64,000 nt of DNA from an uncultured delta proteobacterium. Lineage in GTDB: Bacteria > Desulfobacterota > Desulfobacteria > Desulfobacterales > UBA2156. A program made the translations under genes and the position numbers. The notes below the pieces were generated by a model, which was given only the letters and a program-made list of their open reading frames with translations, had not been told where the DNA came from and did not search any database. Each line of letters begins with the position of its first letter. The stretch's first letter is position 1. Shown one piece after another: positions 10,312 through 19,838 of the stretch. Location: NCBI GenBank assembly GCA_963736855.1, contig CAVTQK010000009.1, positions 96,001 to 160,000 of the forward strand, read 5' to 3'.

Positions 10312-11499
10312 ATGATGTTTAATTTTGTGGAAAGCTCGAAGTCCGCCAAGATCAAGGTCATCGGGGTGGGCGGCGGGGGGGGGAACGCCATCAACAACAT
10401 GATTTCGTCCAACCTGAAGGGTGTGGAATTCATCGCGGCCAATACCGACTGCCAGGCCCTGGATGTGTCCAAAGCGCCCATCAAGATCCAGATGGGGGAA
10501 TGCCTCACTCAGGGGCTCGGCGCGGGTGCGAATCCCCAGTTGGGACGAGAGGCCGCCTTGGAAACCTGGGACACCATCAAAAACACCCTCGATGGAAGTC
10601 ACATGGTTTTTATCACGGCCGGATTCGGAGGCGGGACCGGCACCGGTGCCGCTCCGGTCATTGCCGAAATCTGCAAGGAAATCGGTGCGCTGACTGTGGC
10701 TGTGGTGACGAAACCCTTCTCTTTCGAAGGAAAAAAACGTGCCAAGCAGGCGGAAGAAGGAATCGAGAAGCTCAAAGGTGTGGCCGACACAGTGATCACC
10801 ATCCCCAATGACCGGCTTCGGGGGATCGCCCCCCGGAATGCCACTCTGCTGGACATGTTCAGAAAGGCCGACGAGATTTTGTTGCACTCCGTCAAAGGGA
10901 TCACGGATCTCATCATGGTGCCCGGCCTGATCAATCTGGACTTTGCCGATGTCCGGACCACCATGTCCAAAGCTGGAATGGCCATCATGGGGATCGGTTT
11001 CGCCACTGGAGAGAATCGAGCGATTCTGGCCGCCGAGAACGCCATCTCCCACCCGCTGCTGGAGGACATTTCAATTTCGGGCGCCAGGGGGGTCTTGATG
11101 AATATCTCTTCCTCAACGGGCCTGACCCTGGAGGAGACAACCGAGGCTTCCGAACGGATCTACAAGGAAGTGGGCGAGGATGCTGAAATCATCTGGGGCG
11201 CCGTTCTGGACGACAGCCTGGGAGATGAGATGCGGGTGACCGTGATCGCCACAGGCATCGGGATGGAAGTGATCCCGGCCCGGCAGGAAAAGATCGAAAC
11301 CCATTCTCCTAAAGGTCGTATCCGGGATGTGACTTCTACCGACCTGAAACACAGTGTGGATTTCGACCGGCCCACTTTTATTCGGGTCAAAGAAGCCTCC
11401 GGTGAGGCTTCCGGGGCGGTGTACCGGGGATACAAAGGCCTGATCATCGACAACGGCGACCTCGAAGTCCCCACGTTTTTACGAAAGAAAGCGGATTAG
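10312..11499 (+). CDS. ftsZ: Cell division protein FtsZ (start set at the ATG after RBS GGAGGT)
   Basis: GVGGGGGNA, GGGTGTG tubulin signature, INLDFADV and C-terminal LEVPTFLRK. Confidence 0.99.
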   Translation: MMFNFVESSKSAKIKVIGVGGGGGNAINNMISSNLKGVEFIAANTDCQALDVSKAPIKIQMGECLTQGLGAGANPQLGREAALETWDTIKNTLDGSHMVFITAGFGGGTGTGAAPVIAEICKEIGALTVAVVTKPFSFEGKKRAKQAEEGIEKLKGVADTVITIPNDRLRGIAPRNATLLDMFRKADEILLHSVKGITDLIMVPGLINLDFADVRTTMSKAGMAIMGIGFATGENRAILAAENAISHPLLEDISISGARGVLMNISSSTGLTLEETTEASERIYKEVGEDAEIIWGAVLDDSLGDEMRVTVIATGIGMEVIPARQEKIETHSPKGRIRDVTSTDLKHSVDFDRPTFIRVKEASGEASGAVYRGYKGLIIDNGDLEVPTFLRKKAD

Positions 11500-11591
11500 A
11501 ACCGTCCGCGCTCCTGGTTTGAGTTTAATGGCGGGTTCATAGGGCACCCTGAGGGAGTCGGTGATTCGAAGCGGTCAAGGAATGGATTTAC

Positions 11592-13307
11592 ATGACGGGA
11601 AAGGCAAAGCGCTTTGCGCCCGAAGAAGTCGGAGCCGTCCGAAAACCCGACACCATCGGGATCCATGTGGCTCTGGTATATCCCAATCGTTATTTCCTTG
11701 GGATGTCGAGCCTCGGCTTTCAAGCTGTATATGCCCTGTTCAACGCACACCCGTATGTTTTCTGTGAACGGGCGTTTTATCCGGAGCCGGACGCTCCGGA
11801 AAACGCCAGGATCCGAACCCTGGAGACGCAACGACCGATTTCAGATGTCGACATTATCGCTTTTTCGGTTTCATTTGAAAACGACTATCCCAACCTCCTG
11901 TCCATCCTTCAACAGGCCGGACTCCCCCTGCGATCCACCGAGAGATCCTTCCCCCACCCCTTGGTGGTTGCAGGAGGAGTCGCCGGCTTCCTGAATCCTG
12001 AACCCATCGCGTCTTTCATCGACTGTTTCTTGATCGGAGAAGCAGAAGAAATCGCGCCCCATTTCTTTGCCTGTTTTTCGGATTCCGGATCCACAGTATT
12101 GAAAGATCGGGAGTCTTTTTTGCTGCGCATGGCTCGGGAAGTGCCCGGTGCCTACGTCCCTCGGTTCTATGAACCGTCATACCGACAGGACGGCACTCTG
12201 GAAGCCTTTCAACCGAACGCCGATGTGCCCGAAAAAATTCGCAGGGTTTATTCCAGGGACCTTTCCCGGCATCCGGCACACAGCGTTATCGTGACGCCGG
12301 ATACGACTTTCGGCCGTTCCTTCCTTTTGGAAGTGAGTCGGGGATGTCCCCATGGGTGTCGATTTTGTGCCGCCGGGTACGTCTACCGACCGCCTCGCTT
12401 TCAGAGTGTGGAATCTTTGCAGGGGTCCATCGAGTCGGCAAAAGGTTTGACGGATAAAGTCGGCCTGGTGGGCGCGGCGGTTTCGGACCATCCCGAGATC
12501 GATGCGATCTGCGCAGATATCCTGGTACGCGGCATGGAGGCCGGTTTCAGTTCGTTGAGGGCCGACGCCCTGACCGGGTCGATCTTTGCCCTCCTGAAAA
12601 AAAGCAAAACCAAGACGGCCACAATAGCACCGGATGCAGGCTCCGAGCGGATGCGGACCGTGATCAACAAGGGGATGACCGAGGTGCAGATCCTCGACGC
12701 GGCCCAAGCCCTGGTAGAAAACGACATCCTGAATCTGAAGCTGTATTTCATGGTAGGGCTTCCCACGGAAACCATGGAGGATGTGGAAGCCATTGTGGAT
12801 TTATGCAAGCATATCAAGCACCGGTTCCTCAAGGCCAGCCGATCCAAGGGACGCATGGGAACCATTACGGTGAGCCTGAATTCCTTTGTGCCCAAACCGT
12901 TTACCCCGTTTCAGTGGTCACCGATGGACTCGGTTGGAATACTGAAGGAAAAGATCAGGAAGGTGAAAAGCGGGTTGGGTAAAGTGTCCAACATCCGGGT
13001 TCATGCGGATGTTCCCCGGTGGGCCCTTGTCCAGGGGCTCCTTTCATTGGGGGATCGGCGGGTTTCGGAAGTTCTGGTTTTCGTGCATGAAAACCAGGGG
13101 AATTGGTCTCAGACCCTTAAAACCTCCCCCATCAACCCCGGATTCTATGTTCACCGGCAAAAAGATCTCGGTGAACTCCTCCCCTGGGATTTCATCGATC
13201 ATGGCATTCAAAAGGAATTCCTGAAAAGGGAATTTCGAAGGGCCATGGAGGCAAAACCGTCGCCGCCGTGCCCCATGGAATCCTGCCATGCCTGCGGGGT
13301 CTGTTAA
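11592..13307 (+). CDS. Radical SAM protein with N-terminal B12-binding-like region, function unknown
   Basis: CxxxCxxC (RGCPHGCRFC), YPN..GMSSLG, LKLYFMVGLPTE, FVPKPFTPFQW and C-terminal CxxxxCxxCxxC. Confidence 0.85.
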   Translation: MTGKAKRFAPEEVGAVRKPDTIGIHVALVYPNRYFLGMSSLGFQAVYALFNAHPYVFCERAFYPEPDAPENARIRTLETQRPISDVDIIAFSVSFENDYPNLLSILQQAGLPLRSTERSFPHPLVVAGGVAGFLNPEPIASFIDCFLIGEAEEIAPHFFACFSDSGSTVLKDRESFLLRMAREVPGAYVPRFYEPSYRQDGTLEAFQPNADVPEKIRRVYSRDLSRHPAHSVIVTPDTTFGRSFLLEVSRGCPHGCRFCAAGYVYRPPRFQSVESLQGSIESAKGLTDKVGLVGAAVSDHPEIDAICADILVRGMEAGFSSLRADALTGSIFALLKKSKTKTATIAPDAGSERMRTVINKGMTEVQILDAAQALVENDILNLKLYFMVGLPTETMEDVEAIVDLCKHIKHRFLKASRSKGRMGTITVSLNSFVPKPFTPFQWSPMDSVGILKEKIRKVKSGLGKVSNIRVHADVPRWALVQGLLSLGDRRVSEVLVFVHENQGNWSQTLKTSPINPGFYVHRQKDLGELLPWDFIDHGIQKEFLKREFRRAMEAKPSPPCPMESCHACGVC

Positions 13308-13313
13308 ATCGCT

Positions 13314-14261
13314 CTAGTGCCGAATCGGGACAATGAATTGTGTCCCGGCTTTCCCTTCCAGCGCTTTTTCGATGGCGTCGATGGAAGTGATCATGGCCCT
13401 TTTCCCGCTGTTTTTTAAGAATCGGATGCAGGCATCCACCTTCGGTCCCATGGACCCGGCGGGAAATTGCCCGGCAACCAAATATTGCTCGGCTTTTTCG
13501 AGGGTCACCTTTTTCAGAAACCTTACCCGTTCCGTGCAAAAGTCAAGCGCCGCGCCGGGGACATCGGTGGCGATGACGAAGATGTCAACCCCCACTTCTT
13601 CGGCAAGCTTTGCGGAAGCCAGATCCTTATCGATCACGGCGTCCACCCCGGAAAAGGCACGCCCTTCCCGGATGACCGGAATCCCGCCGCCTCCGCAGCA
13701 GATGACGATGAAGTCCTCCTCGATCAGGCGCCGGATCTCCCGTTTTTCCACGATGGTCACAGGCCTGGGGGAAACCACCGCGCGACGATACCCCTTCGGG
13801 GTTTTGATGATGGGATATCCGGAAGGCGCATCCTTTTTCCTTTTATAAATGGGGCCGATGGGCTTGGTGGGTGAGGAAAACGCCGGGTCCTTCGGGTCCA
13901 CCACTACGTAGCTGATGAGACTCACCAGCGGATGGAAGGGAATTCCCAGTTCCATGAGGTGGCTGTCCAGGGTGGATTCGATCATGTAACCGATCCATCC
14001 CTGGGTCTGGGCCACCAGGATCTCCAAGGGGAGTTTCGGAACCGATGGGCAGCTTTCCTGCTGCAAGAGAAGGCTTCCCACCTGGGGGGCGTTGCCGTGG
14101 GTGATGATGATCTTATGGGTTGTCGAAAGACGGGCGATCTGGCGGATGGGAACGGCGAGGTTTTGAAATTGCTGGGAAAGGGTTCCTTTTTGTCCTTTTC
14201 GGATCAGGGCGTTTCCGCCCAGGGCCACCAGGAGCACCGGCTTTCGCATTGGGTTTTTCAT
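13314..14261 (-). CDS. arcC: Carbamate kinase
   Basis: VALGGNAL, THGNAPQVG, PTKPIGP, CGGGGIPV, AVIDKDLAS and GSMGPKV motifs. Confidence 0.93.
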   Translation of the reverse strand: MKNPMRKPVLLVALGGNALIRKGQKGTLSQQFQNLAVPIRQIARLSTTHKIIITHGNAPQVGSLLLQQESCPSVPKLPLEILVAQTQGWIGYMIESTLDSHLMELGIPFHPLVSLISYVVVDPKDPAFSSPTKPIGPIYKRKKDAPSGYPIIKTPKGYRRAVVSPRPVTIVEKREIRRLIEEDFIVICCGGGGIPVIREGRAFSGVDAVIDKDLASAKLAEEVGVDIFVIATDVPGAALDFCTERVRFLKKVTLEKAEQYLVAGQFPAGSMGPKVDACIRFLKNSGKRAMITSIDAIEKALEGKAGTQFIVPIRH

Positions 14262-14276
14262 CCGGCTTTGATGCTT

Positions 14277-14444
14277 TTATGTGGGGCGGCCCATGGGGTC
14301 GAGACCTTCAATAAATTTCCTGAACCAGGGTGGATTGGCAATGAGGATGTAGGCCATAAAGAAAGCGGTCAGGGGCAGGAAAAAGACGGCCAGATCCACT
14401 GTTACGATGACCAGGGCAAGCAGGAATCGCTGAATTTTGCTCAT
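14277..14444 (-). CDS. Small (55 aa) hydrophobic membrane protein, absent from the ORF track
   Basis: Manual translation MSKIQRFLLALVIVTVDLAVFFLPLTAFFMAYILIANPPWFRKFIEGLDPMGRPT; fills the gap between two co-oriented genes. Confidence 0.6.
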   Translation of the reverse strand: MSKIQRFLLALVIVTVDLAVFFLPLTAFFMAYILIANPPWFRKFIEGLDPMGRPT

Positions 14445-14465
14445 TAAAACTTTCTTGAAAACGGG

Positions 14466-14918
14466 TTAAGGCTTTTTTTCGTCCTGCTCCGGTTCGATGC
14501 CCTCTTGGACCTGCTGGGCTTTGATCCGGCGCTCCATTTGTCTTTGTTTGTCGGTGCTTTTCCGAATCTCAAGTTTGTTTTTCAGCCGGGTCATGGTTTC
14601 GGAATCCGGCGGTTTCGGAGTTTCAGGCGACTTGGTTGCCTCGGTTTTGGTTTCGGTTTTTTTAGTTTGAACCGGGGCCTCCGAAGACTCCGAGGGTTTT
14701 TCTTCCCCAGGTTTTACTTCCGCATCTTCAGGGGCAATTTCCGTGGGAATCTCCTGGAACTGTTGGATATCCCGGGCGCCTTCGGGAGGAGAACTATTGG
14801 AGAAATGGACAATCCCCTTTTCGTCGACCCAGCGGTAGACATCGGCGATGGTATTTGATGGAAAGAGAATGAGAAATGAGATCAGGGCTGATAAATGGAT
14901 CAAAAACCGGATGGTCAA
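14466..14918 (-). CDS. Secreted DUF4124-like protein
   Basis: Signal peptide, then ADVYRWVDEKGIVHFSNSSP, then a low-complexity charged tail. Confidence 0.85.
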   Translation of the reverse strand: MTIRFLIHLSALISFLILFPSNTIADVYRWVDEKGIVHFSNSSPPEGARDIQQFQEIPTEIAPEDAEVKPGEEKPSESSEAPVQTKKTETKTEATKSPETPKPPDSETMTRLKNKLEIRKSTDKQRQMERRIKAQQVQEGIEPEQDEKKP

Positions 14919-15006
14919 TCGATTTGATCTCAGTTACGGCTCTATATTGAAAATTTTTCTTTGAGACATCGATCAGATCATGATATTAGGAAAACTCAAC
15001 CATTAT

Positions 15007-15035
15007 TTTATATGAATTTAGAAGGGTTAAGTCAA
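15007..15035 (-). promoter_or_regulatory. Sigma70-type promoter for the DUF4124/small membrane protein/arcC unit
   Basis: Minus strand TTGACT-N17-TATAAA in an AT-rich divergent intergenic region. Confidence 0.55.
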
Positions 15036-15253
15036 GAGATTTTTAGGCAAAAAGGTGTTTTTTCGGAAATACAAAATTTGAAGATTTATAAAAAAATATT
15101 GACAAAAATACAGGATTAGGGTTTTAAAAGTTATTTTGATTTCATGCCCTTTCCACGGATACAAATCTTTTCCGGGGACTGAAAATGAAAAAATGGTTTT
15201 TCGCCATACCCCTGAAAAACCATACTCAATGTTTTCGTCAACTTTATGCTAAA

Positions 15254-16660
15254 ATGACAGGGCGGCTCCCTTTTTGCCGTCTTTTCTTTTTATCCCTAGT
15301 CCTTATGCCGATTCTGGCCGCAACGGTGCCTTCCTGGGCAGACCTGGCGGCGCCGTATGGCCTTTCACCCCAAAAATGGGGGAATCCTGGTGACTTTAGA
15401 TGTACGCCTTTCTTGGGTCATCGATCCGGCGAAGTGCGACAACTTTACTGTCTCGAGATTTATCAAGATGGCATCGTCGATTTGCAGCAGCCGATTTTTG
15501 CCGATAAAGCGGATGGGTTGAATTATTCCTTAAAAACGGTGAACGCTTCTGTGAAGCTTGCTGGAAATACGACGTATCAATGGAGGGTGGGGGCTTGCGG
15601 TAAAGATTTTTGTGACGGGGACGATTGTGAATGGTCGGATAATAATTTCTTTTACGACCCCTCCGGAATGTAACAAAACCCGTGACCGGGATTGCGACGG
15701 GATCCCGGACGATGTGGAGAGCAAACATTTTAAGACCGACCCTAATAAGAGGACTCTTTTCGTCAAACCTCTTCATAAATCGGAAAAAAATTCGTCGCGC
15801 GGAATTCTGGGAAGAAGTTCAAAACGCTTTTTCCGGGCAGCAGGGGCGGCCGGGTGAAAATTCCTGCATTTGAGGATGCCAACATCGAGGTGGTCGTCAT
15901 CGGGGATGCAGAAAATGAATCGGAATTTCTAAAGGACAGAGAACTATAAACCCGAGGATCATCCGGACTGGCCCTGTGATATCCTTGAGATCACACTGAT
16001 AAAGAATAAATTTGGTGATAACGATGGGCATATTTTTTTGCTCGATACCAGATGGACCTGGAGCAGGAAAGGATGGTCAAGCGAGTTCGGACCTCTGGGT
16101 GAATATGGTGAACCGGAACTTTATGGGATTCCTCTGGAAAACTACTTTAGAGAGGGACCTTATGAACAAATTGGGGAAGGGATGATGCCGGTTATAGACA
16201 TTCAAACAAGTATTTAACGAATTGTCAAATGGCTCCTTCCTTGTGCGACAAGTCCAGTGTTCTCAACCTAAACCAGAACGATTCGCGCCCCGCTAATGGA
16301 ACATTTTCCGGCAGACCGGACGATACGGTAGAATTCAATGCAATAACCCTGGACGTTGATGGAAAAATTGTGAAGATCGATTTCGAAAAGACCCCGGGGA
16401 AACCTTATACACGCGACAAAGTATTGGCGCGCACGATCGTTCACGAGATGGGCCATGCTCTTCTCGGCCCGCAACACTGCAATAACCCATATTGCATCAT
16501 GTATGAAAAAACCCTGGATTGGGAGCAGCGCCTTTTCGGCAGATGCCTGGAACAAGATCCCTGTAATTCGAGCACCTGCTTCCATAGCCCAGGGGAATCG
16601 CGTGACATTCGACGCGACGGGGTGATTCACAACCGTTCCCATCCCCCACACGGGCCATAG
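15254..16660 (+). CDS. Secreted zinc metallopeptidase (metzincin-like), about 470 aa, split by several frameshifts; start could be 15185
   Basis: Coding sense continues across frames: signal peptide (SWA/D), TTYQWRVGAC..EWSD..FTT (FN3-like), DRDCDGIPDDVE..TDP, then HEMGHALLGPQHCNNPYCIMY at 16442-16504. Confidence 0.65.
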
Positions 16661-17634
16661 GTGTTGAAATGGATCTCCAAGCGCATATTGAATTTAAGCC
16701 TGATCTTCTGGATTTGCCTTTTCGGGTGGATCCATCAGGCAGTCGCGGAAATTCGTGTGGAACTGGATTTGAGCAATGGGAAGGGCCCTTATTCATGCGC
16801 AGACAGCGTTGGCGTTTTGATCCGCGTCAGAAACGGCCCGTCCGATCTCTTTGTCAATAAAAGTTTGTTGGAGAAGCGTTTTTTTCTCAATATGCTCATT
16901 ATCGACCCGGCCGGAAGATCCCTGATTCCAAAGTGGACGGAACCGAGCAAGAATTACCCCGATGCCCCACCGGTTCCCTTTCTGCTGAACTCCCGATCAA
17001 AGCCGGCGCCTGCCTCCGAATGTGTGAAATTCGGGGAAAACGAAGTTTTGACCGAAAAGACATGCGAATTGGGCGATTACTACAATCTCGAACTGCCTGG
17101 AAGATATGTCGCCCAGGTTCATCTTTCCATCATGGAATTTAGAGGGCAAATCGGGAAGGAAAAGGGCTATTGCAGCCTTGAGGACTTCAGGTGGTCGGGA
17201 GTATTGAAATCCAGCGCCCGGGAATTTTTTATTCAAAACAGAACCCCGATCCGGATCATTCCCGGCGTATGGTCTATTGATTGGAGGGATAATGAAAGGA
17301 TTACGATTCAAATTCCCATCCCAAACGGAAAGCGAATTCGAACCCAGAATCGGGTTGAAAAGTAACAATACAACAAACTGGATTGATGCAAAGGAGGTCT
17401 CGTTTACAAAGGCCGCTGTATATGGCGCCAGGCAGAATCTACAGGAAGATGCTGGAAGCCAAACCCACCCTCAAAAAATGCAGAGAAAGTCTTATTAAAC
17501 CTCCTGAACCGGATCGATGTCAAACAATTATCGGAGTAGCACCTGAACCGGATCATTCTTATCGCTTGACCGTGTTAGTAAAAGAGGTGGGCGGTGCTGA
17601 TCTCTGTGGAAGTCAGAGAATAACGTTCAAATAA
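16661..17634 (+). CDS. Secreted beta-rich (Ig-like) hypothetical protein; 3' part frameshifted
   Basis: Signal peptide (AVA/E) and YYNLELPGRYVAQVHLS; ORFs 16661-17365 and 17383-17634 appear to be one gene; starts immediately after the peptidase stop. Confidence 0.55.
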
Positions 17635-17649
17635 AAAGATGGGAGGGAA

Positions 17650-18157
17650 ATGAAAATGAAAAAAGCGATCACAACGGCAATGGGCTTGTTTTTTTCTGTA
17701 GCATTTTCAGCATTTGTCTGGGCGGACGGCGGCTGGGAACCTTTAGCAGCAAGTCTTACGGCCACGAGTTACGATCCGGTGATCGAAGGGACTTTTACAG
17801 CCCGTTACAAGTTGGACAACAACAACTCAAAGGGCTATCATATTTTTGCAAAATTGTGCATGAAACAGTTTATAGACGATAAAGAAGTTGAGGTTTGTCG
17901 AGTCTTCGCTTTCGACCATGATAAAATCACCCAAAACAAATGGTTGAACGATTTTGCAGAAACAGAACTGATTAAGAGTTACCAAACCCATGTGAGCTCA
18001 GAAGCTGTTTTGGCCCGATTTGGCTTGGATGATGAAGCAATACGATGCAAAGCTGACCAGTATCAAGGTCAAAAGCACTGGAGGCGATCGGGGCGATTAC
18101 AAAAATGGATTTGCCGAGGGAACTGTGATGTTAAGGGTGATTAAAAAAACGAAATAA
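17650..18157 (+). CDS. Secreted hypothetical protein; probable frameshift near 18040
   Basis: RBS GGGAGG and signal peptide MKKAITTAMGLFFSVAFSAFVWA/D; the alternative frame QYDAKLTSIKVKSTGG...TVMLRVIKKTK ends at 18157. Confidence 0.6.
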
Positions 18158-18226
18158 CCGACGCATTCTGGGAAAAAGGTTCCTCGAAGATTCTTCAGCA
18201 CGTTAACCCATGGCACATATTACGGA

Positions 18227-19838
18227 ATGAGGAGGTTTTTCAGGGATACCGGGCTTTGTCTGATCTCTGGTGTTTTACTGGTTGTTTCGTTTCCTAGCCG
18301 GGATATCGGGTACTTTGCCTGGATTGCGCTTGTGCCGTTTTTCCTGGCCCTTTCAGGAAGGGGCTTTGCCGGTGCGGTACTTCTTTCGGTTTTTCTCGAA
18401 TCCATTTTTATACCGGGAATTTTTTCCTGGATTCTTGAGCTCTGGTATTACCGGTGGTACCACCATGCCCTGCTGGCTGTCTATTTTGGCATTTATTTCG
18501 GCTTGTTCGGGCTGGCAACGGCGTTTTTATCGAAACGCCTGGGGCCTTTTGCGGCTCTGTGGTCCGCTCCCTTTTGGTGGGTGCACGATGGAATACCTTC
18601 GATCCCACTTTCTTTTTCTGTCCCTGCCCTGGGGACTGCTGGCCCACACCCAGTATCGGTATCCGGTCAGTCATTCAGATGGTTTCCATTTCCGGCACCT
18701 ACGGTCTCAGCTTTGCGATCGTTTTTTTCAATGCGGCGCTTGCGGTCACGATCCTGATGCTTTCAAGACGCTGGCGGGCGGCGAAATACGGAACTGTCCA
18801 ATTTCAAGAAAAGCGGCAATTTTTTTCTTGGAGCAACGGCCGGCATCTGCGTTCTTTTAGTGCTGATTTATGGTGTTTTTAGCATCCGTGAAACCCATCA
18901 CCGGAAAGCCACTTGAAATCGCGGCAATTCAGGGCAACATCCCCCAGGAAAAAAAATGGGATCCCGCATACGCCGATGAGATCATGGCCATATATTCGGA
19001 GCTGACCCTCCAGGCGTCCGAGGTAAAACCGAACCTGGTCATCTGGCCGGAAACTGCCACGCCCGGCTCCATCGCCGACAATGAAGAAATTTTCCGGCAT
19101 TTGAAGAGCCTCATCGCGAAGACAGGAATTCCGCTGGTTCTGGGTAGCGCCCAGTATCAGAAATTCCAGGAAGCCGAGACTACAAAGATCGGTCGGGCGA
19201 ATTCTGCGTATCTCATTTTCCCTGAAAACGGGAAAGGTGATCTTCAGCGGTATGACAAAATCCGCCTTTTCCCTTTCGGCGAATATCTGCCTTATGAAAA
19301 GATTTTGCCCTGGGAATGGATCCGTGTTTCGAGTCTGGGCGATTATCTGCCGGGAAAGGAATACACTCTTTTTGAGCTTTTTCCCCATCGTTTTGCCGTG
19401 ACCATCTGCTGGGAAAACATTTTTCCGGATCTCGTGAGGCAATTTGTCAAAAAAGGGGCCCAGTTCATTATTAATATAACAAACGAGGCGCGCTTCGGGA
19501 AAACCGCCGCACCTTACCAGCTCATGGCCATCAGCGTTTTCCGGGCCGTGGAAAACCGGGTTTTCGTGATCCGTTGCGCCAATACGGGTATTTCGTGTAT
19601 CATCGACCCTTACGGAAGGATTGTCAAAAGGCTTAAGGACGAAAAGAGTCAGGATCTGTTCATCCGAGGTTTTTTGAAAGAAAAAATTGTTTCTATGGAT
19701 TCCAAGACCTTTTACACACTTTATGGGGATGTGTCTCCCATGACGGCTTTTGCGGGTTGCGCCATATTCATGATAGCGGCGCTGGGAAAACCGGGAAAAC
19801 CAAAAACGGAAGGGAATCGCATTGATGGCTCAGGATAA
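18227..19838 (+). CDS. lnt: Apolipoprotein N-acyltransferase family protein, split by about 3 frameshifts in the TM region
   Basis: FP..AWIALVPF, EYLRS..LPWGLLAHTQY and QGNIPQEKKW; catalytic triad motifs IWPET, YDKIRLFPFGEY and ICWENIFP; RAVEN..RCANTGISCIIDPYG. Confidence 0.85.

Noticed and set aside
8759..11069. Long antisense ORFs (486, 278, 239 aa) opposite ftsA/ftsZ, and similar ones opposite dctP, kduD, larB and murB
   Set aside because: They are shadows of GC-rich codon bias on well-supported genes and carry no recognisable motifs.
15027..15035. TTAAGTCAA half-match to the HcpR-type box
   Set aside because: Only one half-site is present, and it is better explained as the -35 element of a minus-strand promoter.
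18211..18226. Sigma54 promoter candidates (TGGCAC at 18211; TGGTAT near 61457)
   Set aside because: The -12 GC is absent or off by one base.
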